The position numbers and the translations under genes were made by a program. From Pseudomonas aeruginosa PAO1 (lineage in GTDB: Bacteria > Pseudomonadota > Gammaproteobacteria > Pseudomonadales > Pseudomonadaceae), in NCBI RefSeq assembly GCF_000006765.1, contig NC_002516.2: DNA of 64,000 nt; one strand, 5' to 3'. Below the pieces are notes generated by a model. The model had not been told where the DNA came from, made no database searches, and saw only the letters and a list, made by a program, of their open reading frames with translations. This document shows, in pieces, positions 19,897-28,962 of this stretch (positions are counted from its first letter, which is position 1; each line of letters opens with the position of its first letter).

Positions 19897-20204
19897 ATGG
19901 GATATCTATTTTTTGACACTTCATAACCACAAAATAAGCCTCCTCCATCCCCCTTTATGAACTCTGACCAAGTCACCATTATGGCGCTGAAATTCTGGTC
20001 TGGAACGTACAGCACATGGACAACCAATCCACATCCACTCATTCGATGGCCTTTTGGGAAAAGCTGGAGTTCCTCGACAATACTTGGCCAACCGATGAGG
20101 AGCGATCATTTTCCGGTGATCTATACGTGGATGGAAAAATCGGGATGAAGGTCGTCTTGAGGTTATTCATCATTCCTTCGGGCTGGCATGACAAGGCACA
20201 CTAA
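19897..20204 (+). pseudogene. Probable decayed second gene of the low-GC cassette; open 3' portion 19968-20204 (62-aa ORF from ATG 20016)
   Basis: AAGGA then ATG 19897 gives MGYLFFDTS-stop; a different frame is open for 78 codons (PSHHYGAEILVWNVQHMDNQ...GWHDKAH) and its TAA overlaps the vgrG3 ATG (TAATG). Confidence 0.4.
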
Positions 20205-22210
20205 TGCCCCGTCCCACCGACACCAATACCACCCTCTCCCTCAGCGCCTCCACCCTGGGTGATCTTTACCCCCAGACGCTTTCCGGGGGCGAGGCGTTGA
20301 ACGAGCTGGGCAGCCTGACGCTCGGCGGCTACAGCGCCACCGCGCTGACGTTGAGCAATGCGGTGGCCACCCATCTCACCGCCACCCTGCACAACGACGC
20401 CGACCAGCGTCCGCTCGACGGCCTGGTCGCGGAGATCCGCCAACTCCCCGGCGATGCCAGCGCCGAGCGCTACCAGGTGCTGTTGCGCCCCTGGCTCTGG
20501 TGGCTGACGCTGGCCAGCAACAACCGGGTGTTCCAGAACCTGGCCACCAGCGACATCGTCACCCAGGTCTTCGACCAGCACGGCTTCAGCGACTACCAGT
20601 TGCAGCTCAGCGGCAGCTACCAGCCCCGCGAATACTGCGTGCAGTACGGCGAGAGCGATCTCGCCTTCGTTTCGCGGCTGCTGGAGGAAGACGGCATCTT
20701 CTGGTTCTTCACCCATGCCGCCGGCAAGCACACCCTGGTGCTGGCCGACAGCAACGACGCCTTCCCGCCGATTCCCAACGGCCCGCAAGTGGCCTACCTG
20801 GGCCAAGGAATCGGCGTGCGCGAGTTGCAGGGCGTGCGTTCGGCGCAGTACAGCCTCCAGGCGGTATCCGGGACCTACAGCGCCACCGACTACGAGTTCA
20901 CCACCCCGGGCACCTCGCTGTACTCCCAGGCCGAGGCGGTTTCCGGCGCCGCCGGCGTCTACCAGCACCCCGGCGGCTACACCGCCAAGGCCCAGGGCGA
21001 CAGCCTGACCAAGCAACGCATCGACGGCCTGCGCAGCCAGGAGACGCGCCTGATCGGCGAGAGCGACTGCCGCTGGCTGGTGCCCGGCCACTGGTTCACC
21101 CTCAGCGGGCATGACGACGATTCGCTGAATATCGACTGGGTGCTGACCTCGGTCACCCATGACGCCAGTCACGCGCACTACCGCAACCGCTTCGAGGCGA
21201 TCCCCAAGGCCACCGCCTACCGCCCCGCGCGGGTCACGCCCAAGCCGCGCATGCACACCCAGACCGCCCTGGTGGTGGGCAAGGCCGGCGAGGAGATCTG
21301 GACCGACCAGTACGGCCGGATCAAGATCCAGTTCCCCTGGGACCGCGACGGCAAGAACGACGAGACCTCCTCCTGCTGGGTGCGCGTGGTGCTGCCCTGG
21401 AGCGGCAAGGGCTTCGGCATGCAGTTCGTGCCGCGCATCGGCCAGGAAGTGATCGTCACCTTCATCGACGGCGACCCGGACCGCCCGCTGGTCACCGGCT
21501 GCGTCTACAACGGCGACAACGCCCTGCCCTACGCGCTGCCGGACAACCAGACGCAGTCCGGGATCAAGACCAACTCGTCGAAGGGCGGCGGCGGTTTCAA
21601 CGAGCTGCGCTTCGAGGACAAGAAGGACGCCGAGGAAGTCTTCCTCCAGGCGCAGAAGGACCTCAACGTCAACGTGCTCAACGACAGCACCGCCAGCATC
21701 GGCCACGACGAGACCCTGACGGTGCAGAACGCCCGCACCCGCACGGTGAAGGAAGGCGACGAGACCGTCACCCTGGAGAAAGGCAAGCGCACGGTGACCA
21801 TCCAGACCGGCAGCGACAGTCTGGATGTGAAGGACACGCGCACGGTGACGGTGGGCGCCGACCAGACCCACAGCACCGGCGGCAACTACAGCCACAAAGT
21901 CAGCGGCAACTTCGAGCTGACGGTGGACGGCAACCTGACCATCAAGGTCAGCGGCACCCTCGCCCTGCAGAGCGGCGGCAGCCTGACCCTGAAGAGCGAC
22001 GCCGACCTCGCCGCCCAGGCTGGCACCTCGCTGACCAGCAAGGCCGGGACGTCGCTGACCAACCAGGCCGGCACCTCCCTCACCAACAAGGCCGGCACCA
22101 GCCTGACCAACGATGCCGGCGTCAGCCTGACCAACAAGGCCGGCGCCGAACAGACGGTGGACGGCGGCGGCATGCTGACCATCAAGGGCGGCCTGGTAAA
22201 GGTCAACTGA
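20204..22210 (+). CDS. vgrG3: T6SS spike VgrG3
   Basis: 668 aa; REYCVQYGESDLAFVSRLLEEDGI, DQYGRIKIQFPW, PRIGQEVIVTFIDGDPDRP, NELRFED; no C-terminal effector domain. Confidence 0.96.
   Translation: MPRPTDTNTTLSLSASTLGDLYPQTLSGGEALNELGSLTLGGYSATALTLSNAVATHLTATLHNDADQRPLDGLVAEIRQLPGDASAERYQVLLRPWLWWLTLASNNRVFQNLATSDIVTQVFDQHGFSDYQLQLSGSYQPREYCVQYGESDLAFVSRLLEEDGIFWFFTHAAGKHTLVLADSNDAFPPIPNGPQVAYLGQGIGVRELQGVRSAQYSLQAVSGTYSATDYEFTTPGTSLYSQAEAVSGAAGVYQHPGGYTAKAQGDSLTKQRIDGLRSQETRLIGESDCRWLVPGHWFTLSGHDDDSLNIDWVLTSVTHDASHAHYRNRFEAIPKATAYRPARVTPKPRMHTQTALVVGKAGEEIWTDQYGRIKIQFPWDRDGKNDETSSCWVRVVLPWSGKGFGMQFVPRIGQEVIVTFIDGDPDRPLVTGCVYNGDNALPYALPDNQTQSGIKTNSSKGGGGFNELRFEDKKDAEEVFLQAQKDLNVNVLNDSTASIGHDETLTVQNARTRTVKEGDETVTLEKGKRTVTIQTGSDSLDVKDTRTVTVGADQTHSTGGNYSHKVSGNFELTVDGNLTIKVSGTLALQSGGSLTLKSDADLAAQAGTSLTSKAGTSLTNQAGTSLTNKAGTSLTNDAGVSLTNKAGAEQTVDGGGMLTIKGGLVKVN
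22012..22156 (+). repeat. About six in-frame 24-bp (8-aa) repeats in the vgrG3 C-terminus
   Basis: AQAGTSLT SKAGTSLT NQAGTSLT NKAGTSLT NDAGVSLT NKAGAEQT. Confidence 0.85.
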
Positions 22211-22220
22211 GGAGAAGCGC

Positions 22221-22757
22221 ATGGCGGCATCCGGCAAGCTCGACCTGGTTCGTGGCGACAGCCATCTCGCCGGCAACCTGCTCGACGGCAGCCTGGAAGG
22301 CCCGTTGCGCATCGACGAGCACGACAGGCCGCAGGCCAGCCTCGGCTACCGGCAGGGCCAGTTGCACGGCGCCAGCACCCTGTTCCATCCCAACGGCAAG
22401 GTCTCCGCGCAACTCGCCTTCGTCGACGGCAAGCTGCACGGGCCGGCGAGTTTCCATGCCGCGGAAGGCTGGTTGCAGCGCAAGGCGCACTACCGCAACG
22501 GGCTGCTCCACGGCGAAGCGTTCAACTATTTCGCCAACGGCCAGGTGGCCGAGCGCGAGCATTACCGCGACGGCGTGCGCGACGGGGTCTACCAGCGCTT
22601 CCATGGCAATGGCCAACTGGCCTTCGACGGACGCTACCTGAACGGCCAGCTACTGGACGGCGCCCAGCCGTTCGCCGACGACGGCCGGCCGCTGGACAGC
22701 GAGGGCAAGCCCATGGCGCGCTGGCGCTGGTGGTGGACCAGGCTGGCGGAGCCCTAG
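22221..22757 (+). CDS. tseF: H3-T6SS effector TseF (PA2374-like), MORN-variant repeats
   Basis: 178 aa directly after vgrG3; repeats such as GQLHGASTLFHPNG, GKLHG, GLLHGEAFNYFANG, GVRDGVYQRFHGNG. Confidence 0.85.
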   Translation: MAASGKLDLVRGDSHLAGNLLDGSLEGPLRIDEHDRPQASLGYRQGQLHGASTLFHPNGKVSAQLAFVDGKLHGPASFHAAEGWLQRKAHYRNGLLHGEAFNYFANGQVAEREHYRDGVRDGVYQRFHGNGQLAFDGRYLNGQLLDGAQPFADDGRPLDSEGKPMARWRWWWTRLAEP

Positions 22758-22779
22758 GCGCGCATCGGCCAGGCGGCGC

Positions 22780-23175
22780 TCAGGGAATCAGCATCTGCAC
22801 CTGTCCCGGCACGCTGATCTTGATCACTCCGCCCCAGGTGCAGATCAGCGTGCCATTGGCGTCCAGCGCGGGCATCCCGCCCAGCAGCAGGGTCGGCGGG
22901 CCGCCGGGGATCCACGGGCTGGCGGTGGCGGGAATGCACGGCATCGGCGTCAGTACGCCGAGGGCGGCGGCGGTGGCGGCGGCCACCACGGGGTTGGCCG
23001 GACTCTGGCAGAGACCGAAGGTGGGAATGTTCAGCAGCGGGATGTGGTCCATGATGTTCGCCGCCGGCATCCCGCTGGTCAGGGTGCGGTTCTGCGGCAA
23101 CACGTTGAGCACCGTCGGCGCCGCCCCGAAGCTGCATTGCAGGGTGGCGCCGGCGCAGACCTGCGGGCAGCCCAT
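22780..23175 (-). CDS. DUF4280 PAAR-like spike-tip protein (PA2375-like), 131 aa
   Basis: Start MGCPQVCAGATLQCSFG; NIPTFGLC, PMPCIP, CTWGGVI are DUF4280 motifs. Confidence 0.88.
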   Translation of the reverse strand: MGCPQVCAGATLQCSFGAAPTVLNVLPQNRTLTSGMPAANIMDHIPLLNIPTFGLCQSPANPVVAAATAAALGVLTPMPCIPATASPWIPGGPPTLLLGGMPALDANGTLICTWGGVIKISVPGQVQMLIP

Positions 23176-23451
23176 GCCGTCCTCCCGAGCGCGATGGCGT
23201 TGTAGCAGGATAGACCAGCCCATCGCGCTCGCCGTGGGGCTGGCTTGCTGTTTTTCTGACGAATGCCCGACATGCGTGTCGCCAGCGGCGCTAGAATTCC
23301 GCTGTGATGCGGGGCGGAGCTCCGCGACAGGGATCGACGAAAAAGGATTTTCGGCGGATCGAACGGTGCCCGCAGCGCCCTCGCCGGCCGGCCCGCGGCC
23401 GGTCGATGCAGGGGTTGCCGTACCCTGGCCGCCCCCAAGGACGGGACGACA

Positions 23452-24093
23452 ATGCCTAGCACAAGAAGCCTCCCCGCACGGGTCATCGTCGCCGATGACT
23501 ATCCCCTGTTCCGCGATGGCCTGAGACGGGTCGTCCGCCGCTACCTCCCGCAAGCCGCCGTAAGCGAAGCGGGCAGCTTCGACGAGGTGCTGCGCCTGGC
23601 CTCGAGCGTCTCGCCGGAACCTCCCGCCCTCTTCGTCCTCGACCTGCTGCTTCCCGGCTTCGCCGCCTCCCAGTCCATCGAGCGCTTGCGCCGCGCCTAT
23701 CGGCACAGTGCAATCGTCATCGTCTCGATGCTCGACGACCCGCGCCTGGTGGACGAGGTGCTGGCCGCCGGCGCCGACGGCTACCTCGGCAAATCCCTGG
23801 AGGCCGGGGAGATCGGCACGGCGTTGCAGACGCTCGGCAGCGGCGAACCGGTGGTGCGCCTGCGCGGCGGGTCGAGCGCCGGCAGTCGGCAACGCGCCCT
23901 CCTGGACGCCCTGACCCCACGGCAGCAAGCGGTACTGCGGCTGATCGCCGATGGCCTGTCGAACAAGGAAATCGGCCGCGCGCTGTCGATCTCTCCGTTC
24001 ACCGTGCGCGTGCACGTTTCCTCGCTACTGCGCGCCCTGGAAGTGAACACGCGGACGGCCGCCGCGGCGCTGGCGGTGAAGGCCGGCTTCTAG
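23452..24093 (+). CDS. NarL/LuxR-family response regulator (PA2376-like)
   Basis: 213 aa; REC domain (VADD, VLD, GKS) plus [25 protein letters not shown]. Confidence 0.9.
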   Translation: MPSTRSLPARVIVADDYPLFRDGLRRVVRRYLPQAAVSEAGSFDEVLRLASSVSPEPPALFVLDLLLPGFAASQSIERLRRAYRHSAIVIVSMLDDPRLVDEVLAAGADGYLGKSLEAGEIGTALQTLGSGEPVVRLRGGSSAGSRQRALLDALTPRQQAVLRLIADGLSNKEIGRALSISPFTVRVHVSSLLRALEVNTRTAAAALAVKAGF

Positions 24094-24293
24094 GCAGGTT
24101 CCACGCGGCCGTACCCGGAGTTCCCGCGCAAGCATCCGAGAATGCCGAAACGAGAAGTCTGCCGCGATTTTCCGCGAAGTCTCCTCGCGGCGCTGAAGCC
24201 CGTCGCGGCGGACCAGTCCCATCCATGAGGGGCGCGCCTGCGCGCCGGCCTCACCGGGAGCGGCGACGCTCGTTTTCAGCAGAGGAACGGCAC

Positions 24294-25499
24294 ATGATCG
24301 ACAGGGTGAAGCCGCTGATGGCGGCATGGGTTCTGGTCTTCGCATCTTCTTCGTTCGCCAGCGAAACGGCGGGAAAATTGCCACGAAAGCCAGCTCTAGG
24401 GCCGGAAACCGCGGGGGCGACCCTGGTCATTCCCGGCGAGACCGACAGGCTCGCTTCGCTCTACGCCCGCGCACGGGGCGAAGGCGGCAAGGTGGTGCTC
24501 TGGGCCGGCGGCGACGCGCCGAACCAGATGGACTGGTTGAAGACGGCCTTCGAGAGCCGCTTTCCCGGCGTGACCCTGGACGTCACGGTGGACCTCTCCA
24601 AGTTCCACGACCTGCGCATCGACCAGGAACTCGCCGCCGGCACCCTGACGCCGGACGTGGCGATGCTGCAAACCACCTTCGATTTCGACAGATGGAAGGC
24701 CCGCGACGTGCTGCTGCGCTACAAGCCGGTCGGCTTCGCCCGGCAGAAGAAAGGCTACGCCGATCCCGACGGCGCCTATGTCACGGCCTACAACAACGCC
24801 TTCGTGCCGACCTACGCTTCCGTCCGGCTGCCAGCGGAGCGCTATCCGACGCGCTTCGCCGATTACCTGAAGCCGGCCTTCAAGGGCAAGCTGGTGCTGA
24901 CCTATCCCCATGACGACGATGCGGTGCTGTACGTCTACGACAAGCTGGAACGGCGCTACGGCAGCGGTTTCCTGCGCGCCCTGGCGGCGCAGAAGCCGAA
25001 CTTCCTGCGCGGCACGGCGGCGCCGGCGGCCTCGGTGGGCACCGACTCCATCGGTTCGCTGGGCAACCTGACCGGCTATGCGACCGACAGCGATACGCCG
25101 GCCGGCTACTTCATCCCGACCGACGAGCCGTTCATCGTCTGGAACCAGCGCGCGGCGATCTTCAAGGCCGCCCGTCATCCGGCCACGGCCAAGCTGCTGC
25201 TGTCCTACCTGGGCTCGGCCGAGTTCCAGTCCAGCTACGGCGGCTGGCGCGCCCGCGCCGACGTCGGCGAAGCGCCTGGGCTGCCGCCACTGGAGTCGCT
25301 GAAGAACGTCGACGTGCACGATTTCACCCGCTGGATGGCCGATCGCCAACGGGTGGCCAGCCTGCGCAGGCACATGGCGCAAATCTTCGGCCCGGTACGC
25401 GGCGAGTCGCCGTTGCGCGACCCGGCGCTGATGAGCCTGCTGGGGCTGACGGCGAACGACATCGTCGCCCTGCCCGAACCGGACCTGCCGATCTACTGA
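24294..25499 (+). CDS. Periplasmic solute-binding protein, iron/thiamine/polyamine class (PA2377-like), 401 aa from ATG 24294
   Basis: AGAGGA RBS; signal peptide MIDRVKPLMAAWVLVFASSSFA; LYARARGEGGKVVLW, FESRFPGV, HPATAKLLLSYL. Confidence 0.75.
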   Translation: MIDRVKPLMAAWVLVFASSSFASETAGKLPRKPALGPETAGATLVIPGETDRLASLYARARGEGGKVVLWAGGDAPNQMDWLKTAFESRFPGVTLDVTVDLSKFHDLRIDQELAAGTLTPDVAMLQTTFDFDRWKARDVLLRYKPVGFARQKKGYADPDGAYVTAYNNAFVPTYASVRLPAERYPTRFADYLKPAFKGKLVLTYPHDDDAVLYVYDKLERRYGSGFLRALAAQKPNFLRGTAAPAASVGTDSIGSLGNLTGYATDSDTPAGYFIPTDEPFIVWNQRAAIFKAARHPATAKLLLSYLGSAEFQSSYGGWRARADVGEAPGLPPLESLKNVDVHDFTRWMADRQRVASLRRHMAQIFGPVRGESPLRDPALMSLLGLTANDIVALPEPDLPIY

Positions 25500-25635
25500 A
25501 CCGCCATGACGGCCTCGCGCACGGACGACGCGGGGTCGTCGATCCTGGAGAATTGCCTATCAGGTTTCGACGGTAAGCAGGCGGCCTGGAGCGGCTGGGA
25601 AGACTCCCACTTCTTATAAAATACTTTTAATAAAC

Positions 25636-25665
25636 TATTTATCTTATTGATTAATAAGATAAATA
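25636..25665. repeat. Perfect 13-bp AT-rich inverted repeat inside a 15% GC patch (25611-25690)
   Basis: TATTTATCTTATT-GATT-AATAAGATAAATA; 12 G/C in 80 bp. Confidence 0.9.
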
Positions 25666-25701
25666 AAATACTAGAATTCACTTTAAGTTGAGACGACAAG
25701 G

Positions 25702-25791
25702 CGGCGCATAACGCTACCCGTTGTCCGCCCTGGCGTCCGCTTGCCGCCTTCGCTGCGCAGGGCGAACGAGGCCACCCGCGTTATCCGCCGA
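25702..25791. repeat. Inverted pair of degenerate P. aeruginosa REP-like elements
   Basis: 25702-25733 (reverse complement CCAGGGCGGACAACGG..CGTTATGCGCCG) and 25756-25791 (CAGGGCGAAC..CGCGTTATCCGCCG) resemble the GTAGGGCGAATAAC..GTTATCCGCC REP family. Confidence 0.5.
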
Positions 25792-25915
25792 CAGGCCTCT
25801 GCCAGGGAAGGACGACGGCACGGAAAACTCTTCTTCGACAACGACTTCCGCGTAGAACCTGATCCATCGCCTGCGCTCGCGCGAACTCACGCAGACGACG
25901 ACCAGGACGAAGGAC

Positions 25916-28231
25916 CTAGGCCTTCCGCCACCCCTGCAACTGATTGCGGATCGGCAACTCGCGGATGCGCTTGCCGGTGGCGGCGAAGATCGCGTTGCAC
26001 AGCGCCGGCGCTATCGGCGGCACGCCGGGCTCGCCGACCCCGCCCAACGGCAGGTCGCCATCCGGCTTGAGCAGATGCACCGACACCGCCTTGGGCGCCA
26101 GCGGCATGCGCGCCAGCTCGTACTGGTGGAAGTTGTCCTGCTGGACCTTGCCATCCTTGAAGCTGATCTCGCCCAGCGCCGCCAGGCCCAGGCCCATCAC
26201 GCAGGCGCCTTCGAGCTGCGAGCGGATGCGCTCGGGGTTGATCTGCGGACCGCAGTCGGCGGCGATGGTGGCCTTGTGCACCAGCAGCGCGCCGTCGTCC
26301 TTCACCTCCACCTCGATCACCACCGCCACGTAGGTGACGAAGCTGTAGTGCGCGGCGATTCCCCGCGCCCTGCCCCTGGGCAGCTCGCCGCCCCAGCCGG
26401 ACTGGCGCGCCGCCTCCTCGATCACCCCGCGCAGGCGGCCGACATCGAGCGGGTAGCGCTCCGGCGACTCGCCGTAGTTCCAGCTGTCGCCGAGTTCGGC
26501 GGTGTCGATTCGCCGCGCCGGGCCGAGCAGCTTGAGCAGGTAGTCCTTCGGGTCCTGGCCGGCCTTCGCCGCCAGTTCGCCGACGAAGCTCTGGATGGCG
26601 AAGGCGTGGGGGATGTTGGAGACCGAGCGGAACCAGCCGACCCGGGTGTGCGCCGGGGCCTCGGGGTTCTCCAGGCGCACGTTGGGGATGGCGAACGGCA
26701 GGTTGGTCAGGCCCATGCCCAGTTCGAAGGCGCCCTGGTGCTTGCTGTCCGGGCCGAACAGTGCGGTGATGCTCGGCGCCACCGAGCGATGCAGCCAAGC
26801 CTGCGGCAGCCCGTCGGCGCCGAGCACGGCCTGCAGGCGCTCCACCGAGACCGTGTGGAAATAGGAGAAATGCAGGTCGTCCTCGCGGGTCCACTGCACG
26901 CGCAGGTGGCGACCGGGGAACGCCTTGGCCAGGATCGCCGCTTCCAGCACGAAGTCGGGCTTGGACTTGCGGCCGAAACCGCCGCCGAGCAGGGTCACGT
27001 TGACCGTGACCTTGTCGAACGGCAGTTTCAGGCGCTCGGCGATGCGCTCGCGGGTCACTTGCGGCGCCTGGGTCGGGGCCCAGACCTCGCAGGCGCCGTC
27101 CTTGTACCAGGCGGTGGAGACCGGCGGTTCCATCGGCGCCTGGGCCAGGTGCGGCAGGTAGTACTCGGCCTCGACGATATCCCCACCCTTGGCGAACAGC
27201 GCCGCGGCATCGCCGCTGTCGCGCACCACCTTGCCCGGCTTGCGCGCGGCCTCTTCCAGTTGCTTGCGGTAGGCCACCGAGTCGTAGCCGCCGTTGACCC
27301 CGGCGTCCCACTCGACCACCAGCGCCTCGCGCCCCTTGATCGCCGCCCAGGTGTTCTGCGCCACCACGGCGACCCCGCCCAGCGGCTGGAACTCGGACGG
27401 GATCGGCCGGCCCTCGATCTCGATCACCTTGACCACCCCCGGCACCTTCAGCGCCGCGGCGGCGTCGTAGCGCTTGAGCTTGCCGCCGTAGACAGGCGGC
27501 CGGGCGACCACGGCGTAGAGCATGTCGTCGAAGCGCGCGTCGAAGCCGAAGCCGGCGCGGCCATTGACGATATCGGCGCCGTCGATGGCGCGCGCCACGT
27601 CCTTGCCGATGTAGCGGAACTGCTCGGGCTTCTTCAGCAGCAGCTTGTCGCGCGCCGGCACTTCGAGACCCGCGGCGGCCTCGGCCAGTTCGCCGAAGGA
27701 CAGCGAACGGCCGCTGGGCGCATGCAGCACCTTGTTCTGTTCGGCGCGGCACTCGCCCAGCGGGACCTTCCACTGGTTGGCCGCGGCCTGTTCGAGCATC
27801 TGTCGCGCCGCCGCACCGCAGCGGCGCATGGGTTCGAACCAATGGCGCATGCTGCGCGAGCCATCGGTGTCCTGGTTGCCGTAGCGCGCTTCGTCGCCGG
27901 GCGCCTGGATCACCTTGACCCGGCTCCAGTCGGCCTCCAGCTCGTCGGCCACCACCATCGCCAGGCTGGTGCGCACGCCCTGTCCCATTTCCGAGCGGTT
28001 GCAGACGATGCCGACCGTGCCGTCCCGGTCGATGCTCACGTAGATCTTCGGGTTGTCTACCCAGCCGTGGGGCATGGCGTCGGCGCCGAAGGCCTTCTTC
28101 TCGGCGGCCAGGGCGTCGCGCCAGCCCCAGTTGGCAGCCACCAGCAGCACGCCGGTGGCGCCGACGCCCTTGAGGAAACCGCGGCGGCTGAGATTGCCGA
28201 TGACCAGATCGTCGGGGTACGAGCGCTTCAT
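25916..28231 (-). CDS. Molybdopterin-binding aldehyde/isoquinoline oxidoreductase large subunit (PA2378-like, IorB type), 771 aa
   Basis: Start [22 protein letters not shown] (Tat motif); SEMGQG, GGGFGRK, GGVGEPG. Confidence 0.9.
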   Translation of the reverse strand: MKRSYPDDLVIGNLSRRGFLKGVGATGVLLVAANWGWRDALAAEKKAFGADAMPHGWVDNPKIYVSIDRDGTVGIVCNRSEMGQGVRTSLAMVVADELEADWSRVKVIQAPGDEARYGNQDTDGSRSMRHWFEPMRRCGAAARQMLEQAAANQWKVPLGECRAEQNKVLHAPSGRSLSFGELAEAAAGLEVPARDKLLLKKPEQFRYIGKDVARAIDGADIVNGRAGFGFDARFDDMLYAVVARPPVYGGKLKRYDAAAALKVPGVVKVIEIEGRPIPSEFQPLGGVAVVAQNTWAAIKGREALVVEWDAGVNGGYDSVAYRKQLEEAARKPGKVVRDSGDAAALFAKGGDIVEAEYYLPHLAQAPMEPPVSTAWYKDGACEVWAPTQAPQVTRERIAERLKLPFDKVTVNVTLLGGGFGRKSKPDFVLEAAILAKAFPGRHLRVQWTREDDLHFSYFHTVSVERLQAVLGADGLPQAWLHRSVAPSITALFGPDSKHQGAFELGMGLTNLPFAIPNVRLENPEAPAHTRVGWFRSVSNIPHAFAIQSFVGELAAKAGQDPKDYLLKLLGPARRIDTAELGDSWNYGESPERYPLDVGRLRGVIEEAARQSGWGGELPRGRARGIAAHYSFVTYVAVVIEVEVKDDGALLVHKATIAADCGPQINPERIRSQLEGACVMGLGLAALGEISFKDGKVQQDNFHQYELARMPLAPKAVSVHLLKPDGDLPLGGVGEPGVPPIAPALCNAIFAATGKRIRELPIRNQLQGWRKA

Positions 28232-28698
28232 GCCTTGGCCTCCTGCAACTTGGCGGAGGCGTTGTGGATCGCCGTCTTGATCCGGTTGTAGGTGCCGCAG
28301 CGGCAGATGTTGCCGGCCATGGCCGCCTCGATCTGCTCGTCGCTGGGCGCGGGGTTGCTCTTCAGCAACGCCGTGGCCGACATGATCTGCCCGCCCTGGC
28401 AGTAGCCGCACTGCGCCACGCCGATGTCCAGCCAGGCCTGCTGGACGACTTCGCCGACCTTGTCGGTGTGCAGGTGGTCGATGGTGGTGACCTTCCTGCC
28501 CTGCGCCAGGCTCACCGGCGTGATGCAGGAACGGGTGGCCTGGCCGTCGATATGGATGGTGCAGGAGCCGCACAGGCCCATGCCGCAGCCGAACTTGGTC
28601 CCGGTATAGCCGACGACGTCGCGGATAGCCCAGAGCAAGGGCATATCCTCGGTGACATCGAGCTGATGATCCTTGCCATTGAGGTTCAGGGTAATCAT
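28228..28698 (-). CDS. [2Fe-2S] small subunit (PA2379-like, IorA/CoxS type), 156 aa
   Basis: Start MITLNLNG; GTKFGCGMGLCGSCT, QCGYCQ, NICRCGTY; ATGA overlap with the large subunit. Confidence 0.93.
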   Translation of the reverse strand: MITLNLNGKDHQLDVTEDMPLLWAIRDVVGYTGTKFGCGMGLCGSCTIHIDGQATRSCITPVSLAQGRKVTTIDHLHTDKVGEVVQQAWLDIGVAQCGYCQGGQIMSATALLKSNPAPSDEQIEAAMAGNICRCGTYNRIKTAIHNASAKLQEAKA

Positions 28699-28962
28699 CG
28701 GTGCACGCCTTTTCTGGTTTCTGGTTATGGAGTCGCACGGCGACTGCGCCGCCCCCATGGGCGCGGCGAGTCTCTCATCGGACTGAAGGGAGATTATTGG
28801 CGAGAGGACTGCGGCGCATAACCTGGCAGAACTGAACGTATCGTTGAATGGAATTCAACGATACCCAAGCCGGGCGGGAATCGCCCGGGCGAGGCAGCAT
28901 TCCCGGTGGCCCGCTCCTCGCCGCTCGCCGGAAAGCGAGCGGCTCGGCCAGGGGAAACGGCG

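Noticed and set aside
19921-20148. 62-aa minus-strand ORF and 63-aa plus-strand ORF (19957-20148) in the cassette
   Set aside because: No RBS or motifs; the frame ending at 20204 is better supported by its overlap with vgrG3
22012-22156. 24-bp repeats as a CRISPR-like array
   Set aside because: Contiguous, in-frame coding repeats without spacers and varying at synonymous positions
25493-25699. 68-aa minus-strand ORF over the AT patch
   Set aside because: TTG start with no clear RBS; sequence looks like a by-product of the AT-rich palindrome; not excluded without ribosome profiling
25916-28738. 940-aa fusion of the Fe-S and molybdopterin subunits
   Set aside because: The N-terminal extension is an off-frame read of the small-subunit gene; the Tat-bearing start is at 28231
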